From positions 31,744,001-31,808,000 of the forward strand of contig CP068257.2 in NCBI GenBank assembly GCA_009914755.4: a DNA stretch of 64,000 bases, written 5' to 3'. Below, in pieces: positions 1-20,419 of this stretch (the first letter of the stretch is position 1; every line of letters begins with the position of its first letter). Made by a program: the position numbers and the translations under genes. The DNA comes from the human T2T-CHM13v2.0 reference genome, Homo sapiens. The notes beneath the pieces were generated by a model, which saw only the letters and a program-made list of their open reading frames with translations, ran no database searches and was not told the DNA's origin.

Positions 1-327
1 CACTGGAATCATTCTGTTTCTCAACTGAGTTGTCTCTTAGCTTGTGCCCCAGAGATTTTCACACCCAGGTCATCCTAGTGAGAGTCCAAGGGTGGGAGAG
101 AGGAGCATGCTTTTCTTTATGAAGTAAAGGAAGGGTGATTGTGGAAGGGAAGGTGGAAAAGAACCTCAAAACGTGGGCCCTGAAGATGAATTGTAGGCAA
201 AAGCACTTATGGAAGCTGAGAGATTGCAAATTAATTGCATTAAAGCAGTGGTGGCAGTTTTACCCCCAGAGGAATTTCGCATTGTCTGGAGACATTTTCG
301 GTTGTCACAACTGGAGGGTGGGGGTAG

Positions 328-803
<476 letters not shown>

Positions 804-1117
804 AAAGTGTGCATACACTTGACTTTGTTACTTTGAGAGACGTATTTCAATTTTTCTGCTACTAAAAGTGATTGCTTCTACTTGGGAAGGTATGAGCATG
901 GGATGTAGCATTTGTCACTGCAGAGAGGCCAGCAGCCCCCAGGTCTGTAGCAAGACACCCATGCCCTCACTTAATGCTGAAGGAGACCATTGGACTGGCT
1001 CCAGAGGGCACCGCCCAGGTGCGCGGGTGCGGTAGGATTGTTTTTGGGGAACCCTGGGGCCAGGCCTCACCTTGTGGGTGGAGTAGAGAGGTTGCTCCTA
1101 AAAGAAATGAGAATGGG

Positions 1118-1739
<622 letters not shown>

Positions 1740-3049
1740 TCAGGCCAGGAAATGAAGACTTGAAGGAATCCATAATCCCTGATTCAGGGAGGCACCTCTC
1801 CCTCCCTCTGATCTCAAGGTGCGTGGGCATCTACCAGGGTGAGAGATTTGCCTGAGGGCACTGTGATTCTGAAGAGGTTGGCCTGGCTCCTTAGCAGACA
1901 GGAGGCCCTTCAAGGCCCTGAGTTCATTCCTGTGGGTTCCAAGCATGGCCCCAGCATGGCAGCATTAACAAGTGACTGCCTGGGTAGGAATTCCCTTCCT
2001 TTACCCATAAACCTTCAGGGAAGTCACATTAAAGCTGTAATCTTGTCACCACTATCTCTTTGGAAAATGAAGGGAGGGATTTATGCCCAGAGTTGGCTGA
2101 ACCAGTAGAGAGACAAGCAAAAGGCAGGAGGTGCCAGTGTGGTGAGCAGACCCCTTGGGGAATAGTAAGCAGGCTCTGCTACCAGATGACCAGTTTCTTC
2201 GAAACTGGGAGAATTCATCTGAAATGATTATTTATGAAGTTCAAGTATATATTCACCCTGAGCAAGAAGAGTTTATTTGATTTCATTAAAATCATAACTG
2301 CATGGAAAACAAGTTGGTAAAATAAAGCATTTGTGTTGCACGTGTTTTCCTCTAAAATTAAACTGGGATTATACCCAAAAGCTGCCTTCTGTAACCAGCT
2401 CTGTACCAGTTTGGCTGGTATCTACTTCCTGAAACTCACATCTTTATGACAATAATCATCAAGAATAAATACATGAAGCAAAGCTGGGTCTTCCTAGTTC
2501 TGTTGCTGCTTGTCACTTCAGGGAAAGGAAGTTGAAAGAAAGAAGACCGAGTATATTTGTTCATCCTACAAACTGTGTGAGTGTATTGTATGCCCTATAA
2601 GGTGCACATCTACTCATTGCCAGGTTCAAGGATCTTTGACTTGGACAAAGTAGAAATTTGGGATGTATACTGCTTTTGGGACTTTCCTTCAACTGTAAAC
2701 AATTATTATGGAGAAGCATACATTTCTCTGATTCTTTGTTGGCCTTTCAGCCTCTTGACCCACTTCCTCAAATGTATAGTGGTTTTTATATTAAATTTTC
2801 CCCTTGACTAAGCAAAGCATGTAGTGTCCAGTTACACTTCCTCTTCAATAGGGAAATGCTTATTTTTTCTATTTGTAGAACTTAAAAGCAAACAGTTGCA
2901 ATATGAAAAAAATTACTTAGTTCACCCCCCTAGAGTGTGGAAATGGATGATTCAGAATTATTATCAAGTATTTCTTTTGGAGGTTGTACAAAGTTCAGAT
3001 TCGCAATTAGGCACAAAACAATGTCTTGAAGGGATAGGGACTCCAGGGT

Positions 3050-3130
3050 ACAGTAACCCAATTTGAATTCCAGCCCTGCCACCTACTGGCCGTGTGACTT
3101 TGGGCAAATAACTTTAGGTCTCTGTACCTA
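3050..3130 (+). mobile_element. MIR (core region) fragment
   Basis: ccagccctgccacctactggccgtgtgactttgggcaaataactttaggtctctgtacct matches the MIR core ...ctctgccacttactagctgtgtgaccttgggcaagtcacttaacctctctgtgcct. Confidence 0.5.
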
Positions 3131-3270
3131 AAACCCCAAGAAGTGCTTGGTAAGTATTATATAATAATTATAGTAATAAACATAAACTTGGCATGCTCAT
3201 GCTCACATCGGTATCACAGGGACATTGTAAAGAGAAATGATGAGCATGCAGCTTCTAGCGCAGTTCATAG

Positions 3271-3564
<294 letters not shown>

Positions 3565-3970
3565 TAAGTAGCCACTCCTTCCTTCCAGTCGCTAAGGTCA
3601 AAAACCTTATGCCACCCCTGACTCCTGCCTTTCTCATGACCCGCATTCTATCTGTCAGGAAATCGCACCCATGCTACCAAAATACCTCCACTCTGACCAC
3701 TTTTACCACTTCCACTGCTACTACCCTGGTCCAAGCCACCATTCAGAAAATTAGGACACATCTAAAAAGCATCTTCACAGAAACATCTAGAATAATGTCT
3801 GACCGAATGCCTGGGTAGCATAACCTAGTGAAATTGACACATAACATTAACTATCACATGATGTTAAATAAATGATCAAATAGTTGATCCATTAAAATAA
3901 GAGTTCAAATGGCTTAGTTTAAGCTAGTGTCATTGAAAGAAAAAAACACACCATTTAAAAAATATGTTCA

Positions 3971-4232
3971 GGCTGGGCAAGATGGCTCACGCCTGTAATT
4001 CCAACACTTTGGGAGGCTGAGGTGGGTGGATCACCTGAGATCAGGAGTTCAAAACCAGCCTGGCCAACATGGCGAAACCCCATCTCTTCTAAAAATACAA
4101 AAATTAGGGAGGGTGAGGCAGCAGAATCGCTTAAACCCAGGAGACAGAGGTTGCAGTGAGCTGAGATCGTGCCACTGCACTCCAGTCTGGGAAACAGAGC
4201 AAGACTCCATCTCAAAAAAAAAAAAAAAAAAA
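3971..4232 (+). mobile_element. Alu with an internal ~30-bp deletion after the middle A-rich linker
   Basis: ggctgggcaagatggctcacgcctgtaattcc...aaaaattag|ggagggtgaggcagcagaatcgc...; polyA tail. Confidence 0.85.
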
Positions 4233-4663
4233 GTTCAAATTTCAGGGTTTTTAAAATAGACATATTTTTTTCTCTAATGCTAATTTCATTTAAGGTGTTT
4301 TCAAAAAGTTAAACAAAAATTTTTCTAAAACTAGATTGTGGTAGTATTTATATAACTCTGAAGTTAATAAGAATTATTGATGTATACATTTAAGATGGAT
4401 GAGTTTGTGGCATGTAAATTATACCTAGATAAGGCTGTTTTTTTAATTGGGCAATAAATGAGCTGTTGATTATGTAAAAACATTCTATTTCAGGAAGAAT
4501 ATTTAAACAGAAAATTCCGGGGCTGAGACACAACTACACTTGATAGTATGCAATTATAAGTAGGATAAAATCGGGAGACACTTGAAAATTAGTATTACAG
4601 ACAAAATCCTGAGTAGACACAAGAAAATAATATTTTTAAAATAATCTTTTAAAAATAATTTTT

Positions 4664-4975
<312 letters not shown>

Positions 4976-6301
4976 TTAATAATGATCTTTTTAAAAGGTA
5001 ATAAGTTTTTTTCTTATAAATTTGAATGACACTGAAAATATCAACTGCTTTTGGAAGGAAAGAGCTAAAATGCACCCTTTGGATTTAGCCACAAAGAAGC
5101 CACTGGTGCCGTGACAGTGACACTCTCCCTTCGTGTTCAGCGACATCAGCACTGGGCTTCCGGAGGCACCTGGAGGAGGGAGCTTCCTTCCCACCTTGTC
5201 TTCCTCCAGCGCCACTCATCCCATGTAGGGGACAAACAAAACCTTCCAGAGGTGGGCACCGCTCACCTCTCGGTCCCTCATTTTCTCCCAGCAATCACAC
5301 TGTGCTCAACCTGCCCTTTTCCTTATTTACTCTCCTTTCTATCTAGCACAGCCACCTTCTCTACTTTCTCCAATTTGCCAGTTTTTCTGGGATTTTTTTT
5401 TCCATGCTCTTAAAAATTTCCCATCCTCATGGCAGTGACCACAGTCACCGCAGCATTTTGACAGGTATGAAATGAGACTCATAGTTAGCCACTGTGTGCT
5501 CACCTGCTCTGAATATGGTGCCCTGAAAGTCCCTGGACTGTGAGAATTGACAGACACAGATGACCAGTCACCTCTTGACTCACATGAGGTCCAGAAACCC
5601 ATCTGTACAGCTCCCTTCTTGCAAGGGATCTTAACTGGAGGAAGAGAAAACTCAGCCCCTTTTGACGAATGTCTCATGAATGCAGATGCTGGCTGGCGAT
5701 AGAAAGGGTGGCAGAATTTGTAGACTGTAAGAACATTCTCCACCTAATTACCCCTTGGCCCAACCTCTATCATTCACTTGCTTCTCCAGTGCCCAGGAGC
5801 GATGGGACTAAGCAGGCAGTGCTGAAAGAACTGTGGGGACTCTGTCTGAAAGACCTGGCAAAAGAGCCGGAGCAGTCAGCAGCAGTGTCAGCAGCACAGA
5901 GAAGGCATAGCCAACAGCAACATAGCAGAGAAGGCAGGGCACAGCCAACAGTAGGGCTGCTTGCAGCAGGTGCATTTCTGAGGATATGTGTGAGCCCTGC
6001 TTTGCTGCCTAGGCTTCCCATCTGCTCTTCTCTCCCCACCCAGGAGCCCTTTGAAGAAATGGCGGAAGAGAAGGAGCCTTTCAAAAGCCAAAGCCTGGAC
6101 TTCCAGCAACATAGCTAAGGGACAACTGGATTGTTGAGATTTGAGATTCTCTATAAAGGCGATACAGTATACACACACGCTGTGTGGAGCCTGGGACATT
6201 CCAGAGATGTTGGTATATGGCAAAGCAATTTATTTGCATACATTTGACATGTATCCAGTCACTTTCCCAAGCTCATGGATACTGGCAAAGCTGTCTTGTT
6301 T

Positions 6302-6593
6302 ATTTGTTTGTTTTGAGACAAAGTCGTGCTCTGTTGCCCAGGCTGGAGTGCAGTAGCACCATCCTGGCTCACTGCAACCTGTGCCTCCCAGATTCAAGCG
6401 ATTTAGAGCCTCAGCCTCCTGAGTAGCTGTAATTACAGGTGCGCCACCACACCCGGCTAGTTTGTGTACTTTTAGTAAAGACGGGGTTCCGCCATATTGG
6501 CCAGGCTGGTCTTGAACTCCTGGCCTCAGGTGACCCTCCCACCTCGGCCTCCCAAAGTGCTGCGATTACAGGCATGAGCCACCATGCCCGGCC
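6302..6593 (-). mobile_element. Alu
   Basis: Antisense Alu: ttgagacaaagtcgtgctctgttgcccaggctggagtgcagt...gattacaggcatgagccaccatgcccggcc. Confidence 0.9.
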
Positions 6594-6884
6594 ATGGCAA
6601 AGCTTTTAATTGCATCTAAGTGTTTTAGAACAGTAGTTCTCAAAGTATCCAGAACTCCTTTCAGAGGGGATGCAAGGTCAAAACTGTTTTCATAACCAAC
6701 CAAGAGATGAATTGTCTTTTTCACTATCATTCTTTCAGTGGGATATGCAATGGGATTTTCTAGCGGCTGCATATGTGATATTGCACCCGTGCAGAGCAGA
6801 GCAGATGTAAAAACCCAGCTTCCTTCTATTAGGACAGAAACTAAAGAGATGTTTTAAAATCTCTTTTTAAAGAATAGCAATTTT

Positions 6885-7615
<731 letters not shown>

Positions 7616-7711
7616 TTTGAGCAATTTTATCAAAGAATACTTTTTTGTTTTGGAAAATATATTTTTCATGAAAAATATGTGGTTTCTGTTAACATGTAAT
7701 TGATATGTTAC

Positions 7712-7993
7712 TTTTTTTTTTTTTTTTTGAGATGGAGTCTCACGCTGTCGCCCAGGCTAGAGTGCAAATGGCGTGATCTCGGCTCACTGCAACCTCTGCC
7801 TCCTGGGTTCAAGCAATTATCCTGCCTCCCGGGTTCAAGTGATTCTCCTACCTCAGCCTCCCGAGTAGGTGGGATTACAGGCAGGCACGACCACACCCAA
7901 CTAATTGTTTGTATTTTTAGTAGAAACGGGGTTTCACCACGTTGGCCAGGCTGGTGTCAAACTCCTGACCTCGGGTGATCCACCTGCCTCGGC
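7712..7993 (-). mobile_element. Alu (lacks ~25 bp of its 5' head)
   Basis: poly-T gagatggagtctcacgctgtcgcccaggctagagtgcaa...cctgacctcgggtgatccacctgcctcggc. Confidence 0.85.
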
Positions 7994-8360
7994 TCAGGAC
8001 AAACCACCCAAAATATGGCCATAGGAGATCAGAACATGCCAAAATATACTTCCTTGGCATATTTTGAGCTGGTTATTTTGAGAAACTACAGGCACAGGAA
8101 CAGCTGAAAAGCTGTCCTTTTGTAAAGAAAATTTATATCTACAAAGGAAATCTACATCGGTAAATTGTATCAGGCAGAAGGCCTGGGATATCTCTATTTT
8201 TTTTTAATACCTCTATTAGCTCAGAGACTGTTTCTCTGCAGAGCAGGACAGGGATTGCTCACCAAGCACTTCCTTCCCTTTCCCTGCCATGACTTGCTGT
8301 TGCTTAATCCCCGGAAGCCTCAAGCCTCTACTCCTTTCTGTAGAGCAGAATGCTGTATAA

Positions 8361-8668
8361 GGCCTGACATGGTGGCTCACACCTGTAATCCCAGCACTTT
8401 GTGGGGCAGAGGCAGCTGGATCACTTGAGGTCAGGAGTTTGAGACCAGCCTGGCAAATATGGTGAAACCCTGTCTCTACTAAAAATACAAAAAACAATTA
8501 GCCAGGTGTAGTGGCACATGCCTGTAATCCCAGCTACTCAGGAGGCTGAGACAGGAGAATCACTTGAACCTGGGAGTCACGGGTTGCAGTGAGGAGCCGA
8601 GATCACACCACCACACTCCACCCTGGGTGACAGAGCAAGATTCTGAAACAAAACAAAACAAAAAACCC
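8361..8668 (+). mobile_element. Alu with A/AAAAC-rich tail
   Basis: ggcctgacatggtggctcacacctgtaatcccagcactttgtggggcagaggc...gattctgaaacaaaacaaaacaaaaaa. Confidence 0.9.
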
Positions 8669-9194
8669 AAACAGAATACTGTATAAACCTCAATCATCTG
8701 GACTTTTTGAGCCTCAGATTTGGTGGGACTTCCATGCGTATACACATAATTAAAATGGTTTTAGTGGAGAGACTGTCATCTGTCCACTGTCAGTTTACTT
8801 CATAGACTCAATTATCAAACCTTCAGAGAGTAGAAAGTTTTACTCTCCACCACACTAGTCTTTAAACATGCGTGGTGTCTCTAACATGCAGCCGAGCTGA
8901 GAACACTGGCTGGGCTATCTTCAGGCCTCCCACGCCCTCCGCTGTGACTCGCTCTGACTCACACAACAGGATGGCAGAGGCTTGGCAAGACAGGAAGCCA
9001 ACGCCTGGGGCAGCAGCCAGGTCTGTGCTCCCGGAAATCCACATTTGGTCAAAGGGGACACTTCGGGGTTGGTCCTCCCTCTGGCTGGGTTGGCCCGATT
9101 TCTTCCTGCCTTGCCCCCATGCTTCAGAGACTCCTCCACACAGAGCTGGTCTTAAAGCATAAACAAAACCCATGGATGATGGGGCCACAGAGAT

Positions 9195-10181
<987 letters not shown>

Positions 10182-10196
10182 TGACATTGAACTTCA

Positions 10197-10651
<455 letters not shown>

Positions 10652-10951
10652 TCAGAGTCTCCGTGGCATCTCGGTAGATTTGCTGATCCCTTTACATAAC
10701 CCAAGTTGAGGCATGCCCTAATTTCACCCACAAATGCTACTAAGCCCAGGCCCTTATCCAGCCAAAACCATCCTGCCAAGCTCCCACCACCACCATCAGC
10801 ATCATTTTCAGGTTGTTGGTCATCACTGGTTGTTGGTCATCACTGGTTGTTGGTCATCTATGTCACCTAACAGGCCACTCATGACGTTAGCCCTTGACTT
10901 CAAAAAGGACCTCAAAGAAAATTCCAGTTTTCACTCCAAAAGGAGAAATCA

Positions 10952-11232
<281 letters not shown>

Positions 11233-11834
11233 CTAGCAAACGAAACAAAAGGAGAAACTGCTGGCAGCCCCTAATCTAGTACTGTCCCGGCTCCACCCAC
11301 CTTCAGATCCAGCCTCCTCCCCTGGCACACGGGAGCCCCCTCCTCTGACTGTGCTGAAAGTGAGGGAAGATCCCCTCTGGGGAGAGAGCTGTAGCCTTGA
11401 CCTCTGCACACCTTACTTATCCAGAGCACGAGGCAGGGCCGCTGACTCATCCTGGTTTACCCTGGGCTTTCCCAGTTTCAGCACTGAAAGTCCCGCATCT
11501 GGAAAAGCCCCTGAGTCGCTGACAAACCAGACAGTCCGGACCATGCAAAGCACAGTGCATGGTGCTTTAGCCACAAAGTTGATTGAAAAGTCAGAGGCAG
11601 TGAGCCACAGGAAGCGCCACGTGACCCAGACTGCGAGGAGGACACAGGAAACCAACCCTCACTGTGTCCTGCTAGGGGGTTAACCCGTCTACAAGCATCA
11701 GGGTTGCCATTTCAGAGATCAGCAAACTGAACAGCAGTCGTGACTTGTCCTCGCCTGCAAGACAAGCGAGTAACAAATCCATGAAGGGAAGGACACGGAA
11801 TTGAGCAAGGGGGCAGGGCCGGATGTCATTTTGG

Positions 11835-12958
<1,124 letters not shown>

Positions 12959-13751
12959 TAACTGATCGAGAACTTCTAATTATTCTTCTATGAACCTTAG
13001 AATGTACCAAGAAAATCCATTCCACAGAGTCTTATTTCTGGGCATCCTGTGCATATGAGCTGAGAGGAATCTGTGATTTTTATGCAGCGCTGAATGTCAT
13101 CAAAAGGCTTCGAGGAAGAGTTTCCTGAGTTTCCTTGATGTTCGCGGCGCTTACTGTTACTTTCACACTTAGCTAAGTAACCTTTGATACTGTGTGGTTA
13201 TAACATAATAACCACAGGTCCTTTGTCTTCTCTGTCAAGAGTGAAGAATTCGAAGGACTTTAACCACTGGTAAAAGTGTCTTCTCACATAAACCGCATAG
13301 CAGCAAGCATTACGTGAACCAGCTGGTTATTCTCACTAAATGGGTTAGATACAAGTTACAAGCCGATCGCGAAGCTGCCTAGACTGGATTGAGTGTAGGT
13401 TAGCCAAACGGCATGATTGAGAAGATAAATCTCATCTGTCCACCCTTTTCCCGTTAGTTCCAAGCCAGCCTCGTGGCTGAGCCCAGCTTCCCAAGCCTCT
13501 CTGAAGATGGCGTCAGGCAGTCCAAGCCCGGTTTAGCTAAGAGTGCTTCCAGCCATCCCAGGCTGCAATCACGCCTTCCTTTGCCATCTGGGCTCTCCCC
13601 AGGTTAGTGGAACTGCTTTCTGGAAGGTGAGTCCTGCCCTGTGGAGTGCCTGGAGTAGGGACTGGTCACCAGCATTAAGTGCCCAGGGAGGGAGCACGTA
13701 TACACGAATCAATTTTTAGAAGAGACAATAACCCACTCAAAAAAGGGCAAC

Positions 13752-14035
13752 AGCCAGACTGGTAGCTCATGCCTGTAATTCCAGCATTTGGGAGGCTGAG
13801 GCGGGAGGATGGCTTGAGCCCAGGAGTTTAAGACCGGCCAGGGTAACTTAGTGAGACCCTCGTCTCTCTCTATATATATTTTTAATTAGCTGGGCATGGT
13901 GACCCCTACCTGTAGTCTCAGCTACTTGGGAGCCTGAGGTGGGAGGATGGCTTGACCCTAGGAAGTTGAGGTTGCAGTGAGCTATGATCATGCTGCTGCA
14001 CCCCAAACTGGGCAACAGAACAAGACAAAAAAAAA
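13752..14035 (+). mobile_element. Alu (AluJ-like)
   Basis: agccagactggtagctcatgcctgtaattccagcatttgggaggctgaggcgggaggatggcttgagcccaggagtttaagacc... Confidence 0.85.
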
Positions 14036-14098
14036 TGGAGTGGGGGAGAAAAGATGTGATAATAGAAAAAGAGATTCAAGTGTTGTTAAACAATGGGT

Positions 14099-14388
14099 GG
14101 CCAGCCGGGCACAGTGGCTCACGCCTATAATCCCAGCACTTTGGGAGGCCGAGGCAGGCAGATCACCTGAGGTCAGCAGTTCGAGACCAGCCTCAACATG
14201 GAGAAACCCCATCTCTACTAAAAAAAAAAAAATACAAAATTAGCCGGGCGTGGTGGTGCATGCCCGTAATCCCAGCTACTCAGAAGGCTGAGGCAGGAGA
14301 ATTGCTTGAACCTGGGAGGCGGAGGTTGCGGTGAGCCGAGATTGCACCATTGCGCTCCAGCGTGAAACTCTGTCTCAAACAACAATGG
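14099..14388 (+). mobile_element. Alu
   Basis: ggccagccgggcacagtggctcacgcctataatcccagcactttgggaggccgaggcaggc...tctgtctcaaacaacaa. Confidence 0.9.
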
Positions 14389-14884
14389 ATGGCCAACCTC
14401 ATCCACGGTCAAAAAATCCAAATCAAACAACAATGAGATATCCTGGGGGTGGGGGGCAGTTTCATGGACAAATATTACCCCGTTTAATATCCTTGGTACC
14501 AGTGAGGTTGTGGGGAAAGAATGTGCTCACTAGCGGCCCCTGAAGGAGAACTGAGCACCTTTCCTGGCCTTGGGGCCTCCAAACCGGCTTCCTGGATCTT
14601 CCAAGGATTCTGCTACCAGTGACCTTCCATTAATTTGTTTTCTGCTTAAACTAGCTAGGGTGGGTTCTGTTGTTTCCAATTTGGCCTCTAACAGAAGGCC
14701 TCTGAGCTTCAGTTTTCCTCCCAGGTGAGAAGGGGATACTGCTCTCTTCTTTACAAGTGGGTTGAGAGCGTTTCCCGAAATAACATCTCAAGTACAGCTG
14801 TTCACTAGATGGGTGTGTTATCAGCCCCTGTCCACAACCCCTTATCTGGGAACCTCAGGGGCCAGAAATGTTTCATGATTTGGG

Positions 14885-15022
14885 TTTTTTGGTTTGTTTT
14901 TAAGATGGGAGGGGGGATCTCACTATATTGCCCAGGCTGGTCTCAAACTCCTGGCCTCAATAAATCCTCCCTCCCACCTTGGCCTCCCAAAGTGCTGGGA
15001 TTACAGGCGTGAGCACCTAGCC
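14885..15022 (-). mobile_element. Alu left-arm-only fragment (FLAM-like)
   Basis: ...gggatctcactatattgcccaggctggtctcaaactcctggcctcaataaatcctccctcccaccttggcctcccaaagtgctgggattacaggcgtgagcac. Confidence 0.75.
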
Positions 15023-15301
15023 TAATTTGGCGTTTTAGAAAAGCGATATGGTGCAGGTAATATTAGGTAGCACTCTCAGCATGTTGTGGGCAGCACCCTG
15101 TAATCAAACCATTTCTAATTTTCTAGGGAAAGTGTATCCATTTCACATTTAATGGAAGAATTAAGGACTATATCTAGTTTGATATTAATTCAAGTCAGGA
15201 GTTAAGAAAATGTTTGTGATTTTCAGAGCTCTTCGGATTTTGGAGCTGTGAGTTGGAATTTATTTTCCCATAACCTAAATATTTTATTCTGTGATACTTG
15301 A

Positions 15302-15613
15302 TTTTTTTGTTTTGTTTTGTTTTGCTTTGTTTTTGAGATGGAGTCTCACTCTGCTATCCAGGCTGGAGTGCAGTGGTGTGATCTTGGCTCACTGCAAGCT
15401 GAGCCTCCTGGGTTCAACCGATTTTAGAGCCTCAGCCTCCCAAGTAGCTGGGATTACAGGTAGTAGCCACCGTGGCTGGCTACTTTTTGTATTTTTAGTA
15501 GAGACAGGGTTTCACCATGTTGGCCAGGCTGGTTTCAAACTCCTGACCTCAAGTGATCCCACCTCGGCCTCCCAAAATGTTGGGATTACAGGTGTGAGCC
15601 ACCATGCCCAGCC
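15302..15613 (-). mobile_element. Alu
   Basis: (ttttg)n gagatggagtctcactctgctatccaggctggagtgcagtgg...gtgtgagccaccatgcccagcc. Confidence 0.9.
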
Positions 15614-15760
15614 TGATACTTGGTTTTTTAAAAATCCTTCGACACAGGACTGGAGTATGACATCTGCAGCTCTCGTGGGAAGAGCTCTGGCCCCTTGGCT
15701 TATTCTTGCTTCTTAGCAGTCCCAGTGACCTTCAGCCTGAGGCAGGTGAGCCCCAGGTAG

Positions 15761-16178
<418 letters not shown>

Positions 16179-16726
16179 GAATGGGCATCAGTTTTACATA
16201 TGGGTCCTGAACTGATTTCCGTGGGAGGAAATCCCAGAATTCCCAATTCAGATTAAGGGTAGGACATCCCTAGGTTAAAATTCTCTTATTAAGGTTCTCT
16301 AAGAAGTCAGATTTGAGCATACAGATGGACTACTACTGCAGCAATCACTGACTGAGCATTTTACAACCCTATTTTTAAGGTGCCTATGTAGTTTTTCCCT
16401 CTTGTCACAGCTTAATTGAGGTATAACTGGTATCTATTATGCCGTGCATGTTTTAAATATACATTTTGATAAGTTTTTAACATACGTGAAATCATCCCCA
16501 CAATCAAAATCATAAATATCCATTACCCCCAAAATGTCCTCGTTGTACACAGTTTTGAAATAAATGTTGTTGGGATTATAAGAGGAAGTAGGCTGGGCAC
16601 AGTGGCTCATGCCTATAATAGGAAGTGCATCATGTTTTCAGTAATCAAATCTGCCTAATGATCCATCTAGCTTCCTATTTATGCAACACATCTTACTTGT
16701 AGATAATTACCAAATTCTTGAAGGCC

Positions 16727-16850
16727 AGGCTGGGCGGCTCACATTTGTAGTTCTAGCTACCTGGAAGACTAAGGTGGGAGGATTGCTTGAGCTCAGGAGT
16801 TTGAGGCCAGCTTGGGCAACAAAGCAAGACCCCGGTTTTAATTTTTAAAA
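16727..16850 (+). mobile_element. FLAM/FRAM-like Alu monomer fragment (a ~30-bp Alu head scrap also at 16593-16622)
   Basis: ggccaggctgggcggctcacatttgtagttctagctacctggaagactaaggtgggaggattgcttgagctcaggagtttgaggccagcttgggcaacaaagcaagacccc. Confidence 0.6.
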
Positions 16851-16924
16851 GAAAGAAAGAATGGAAGGAAGGAAGAAAAGTCCTACAGTAGGTTGAAGTT
16901 GAAGTGTGGCGACAACACTTTGGT

Positions 16925-17000
16925 CACCGATGTATCTCAAGTGTCTAGAACAATGCCTGGCATCTAAGAAGTGCTTAGTAAATATTTTTTGAGGAATAAA
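16925..17000 (+). mobile_element. MIR tail fragment
   Basis: gaacaatgcctggcatctaagaagtgcttagtaaatattttttgag matches the MIR tail. Confidence 0.4.
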
Positions 17001-17007
17001 AAAGTAA

Positions 17008-17641
<634 letters not shown>

Positions 17642-18339
17642 TGAATCTCTTTTTGATACTTGGATAAGTCCAAGCTTCAGCATTAGAATATCATATCTGG
17701 TAGTGTTGCCTTTATTTGAGCCAATGTTTTTTGAGGTGAGGCTGTTTCCTAGGCAATGTGAGTGATGTTCATTTGGAAAACAGGAATGTCCCTGGGTCTT
17801 GAGTAAAGTGGGTTCTGGAGCTTCCTTTGCCTAGATGCCCCTATGCTACCTGGGGGAATGAGTTAGGAGGCATGTATGGATGTGCCCAGGTCCCTGGGTG
17901 TTGGACTGGACTGTGCTGGGAGGAATGGTGCCCTCCCCACTGCGTGAACTGGGAGGCCCAGGCAGGGTGGAGGCTCCCCCAAGCCAGGGGAGGTCATGGG
18001 ACTGTGAGTTGGGGGTGCAGCCCATTGACAGATGAGAAGAAACTGCCACTCAGTGGACACCCCCCAAGTGCCTTGGGGATGTTGAAAAGCTCTGTGGATT
18101 GGTGCTTGTCTAGCACAACCAGAGGAGCCACCCCAGTTCCTGCCAGGGGCTCCCCACCTCCCACACAGAGAGTCCAGCCACCTGGGGATCTACCACTAAT
18201 GCCAGAACAGAGGAAAAGGAGGGGATTTGACAGACTCTCCTACTGCAGACCCCAAGAGAATCGCCTGGGACTGGATGTAATGCAACTTGCAGTCCACTCA
18301 TGGTCCTCTGCATTGCACGATCACCATGGTTCCAGATAC

Positions 18340-18492
18340 TAGATGCTGTGTTCAGTGATTGACCGGGCATTCTCTGTCGCTGCCACTAAAACATAAGCTC
18401 CACAAGCTCAGAGTTTTTATCTGTTGTTCTCAGAACAGTGCCTAGCACAGAGTAGATGCTCAGTAAGTAAATATGTGCTAAATACATGAAAG
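18340..18492 (+). mobile_element. MIR 3' half
   Basis: ...cataagctccacaagctcagagtttttatctgttgttctcagaacagtgcctagcacagagtagatgctcagtaagtaaatatg matches the MIR tail (...taagctccatgagggcagggac...gcctagaacagtgcctggcacatagtaggcgctcaataaatat). Confidence 0.6.
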
Positions 18493-19264
18493 AAGCGAGG
18501 GAGGGAAGGAGGGAGGAAGGGAGAGAAGGCACCATATTCCAGACCACCGCGTCCTTTCTGAACATGCTCCACCGCCCCTAGGCTGTCTGTGTTCTTGCCC
18601 TCATCCACAAAGGTACCCACATGAATTCGTGTTTGCTTTGCTTGGATCTGTTTTGTATGGATACACTAGAAGTCACACACTATGATGTTTGAGGTTTCCA
18701 AGATAAAAAGAAAGTTCACAGTGACAATAGTTTAAGATTCTGCAAAAGAAAGGACATTACATTAACGATGTATTTAACACTCACAAAATGTAGCATAATC
18801 TCTACATAATGGCTTACGCCCAGTGCCCATGACTGTACTGGGAAGTCACTATACCCGGGAGCTGGCCAAGGAAGGCTGAAGCTTGAGGGCTGCTGACAGT
18901 GAATGTGAGGCATTCGGCATCTCCTCTTATCACTGGTCAAGACGTGTTCAGGGCTTTGCAAAGTCAAGACTGTACCTGTAGAGAATGTCCTGAAACTATA
19001 GGCAACCTGATTTTCATACAATCTGGAAACACAGGAGAAGCAAAAGGTTCCTTCCTCTCCTGTCCTGTGTGTGGTTTCTACACACTTCTCAGAAAGGGTG
19101 AAATAATGCTGCCTTCTGGCCGTTTTGCTGGTGCTTAAAAATTGAGGAGTTTCAGGATATGAATTTTGGCCATTTCTGTATTGTAAGATTATGGAGGAAT
19201 TGTTTTTTCTTCTTTATACTTTTCTGTATTTTATAGTTCCTTGACAATGAACAAGTACTACTTT

Positions 19265-19925
<661 letters not shown>

Positions 19926-20062
19926 CTTGTGTATTTAAGTTTACAAGTTCCAACTCAATTAAAATTTCATTTTAAGTTAGTCCATATACTAAGGGCCCCC
20001 ACAGAGGTACAAATCCTAACAAAAGCAAAAATAGCCATTGTCCATAGCAGAAGTCAGACTGA

Positions 20063-20419
<357 letters not shown>

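Noticed and set aside
5669-6223. Overlapping ORFs (149 aa +, 104 and 111 aa -) in unique sequence at ~5.7-6.2 kb with repetitive Ser/Gln/Ala (cagcagcag-type) content
   Set aside because: These are low-complexity, trinucleotide-like sequence (agcagcag, cagcaacag) giving open frames on both strands simultaneously, with no homology recognised. Overlapping ORFs in all frames indicate a compositional artefact.
17827-18342. 171-aa ORF in a moderately GC-rich unique stretch (MPRCPYATWGNELGG...)
   Set aside because: No similarity to any protein family I recognise. It is Pro/Gly/Trp-rich and low-complexity, has no splice-site-delimited exon structure or Kozak context, overlaps MIR-derived sequence at both ends (18025-18085 and 18340-18490), and a same-length ORF on the opposite strand overlaps it. 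This is typical of chance ORFs in GC-rich non-coding DNA.
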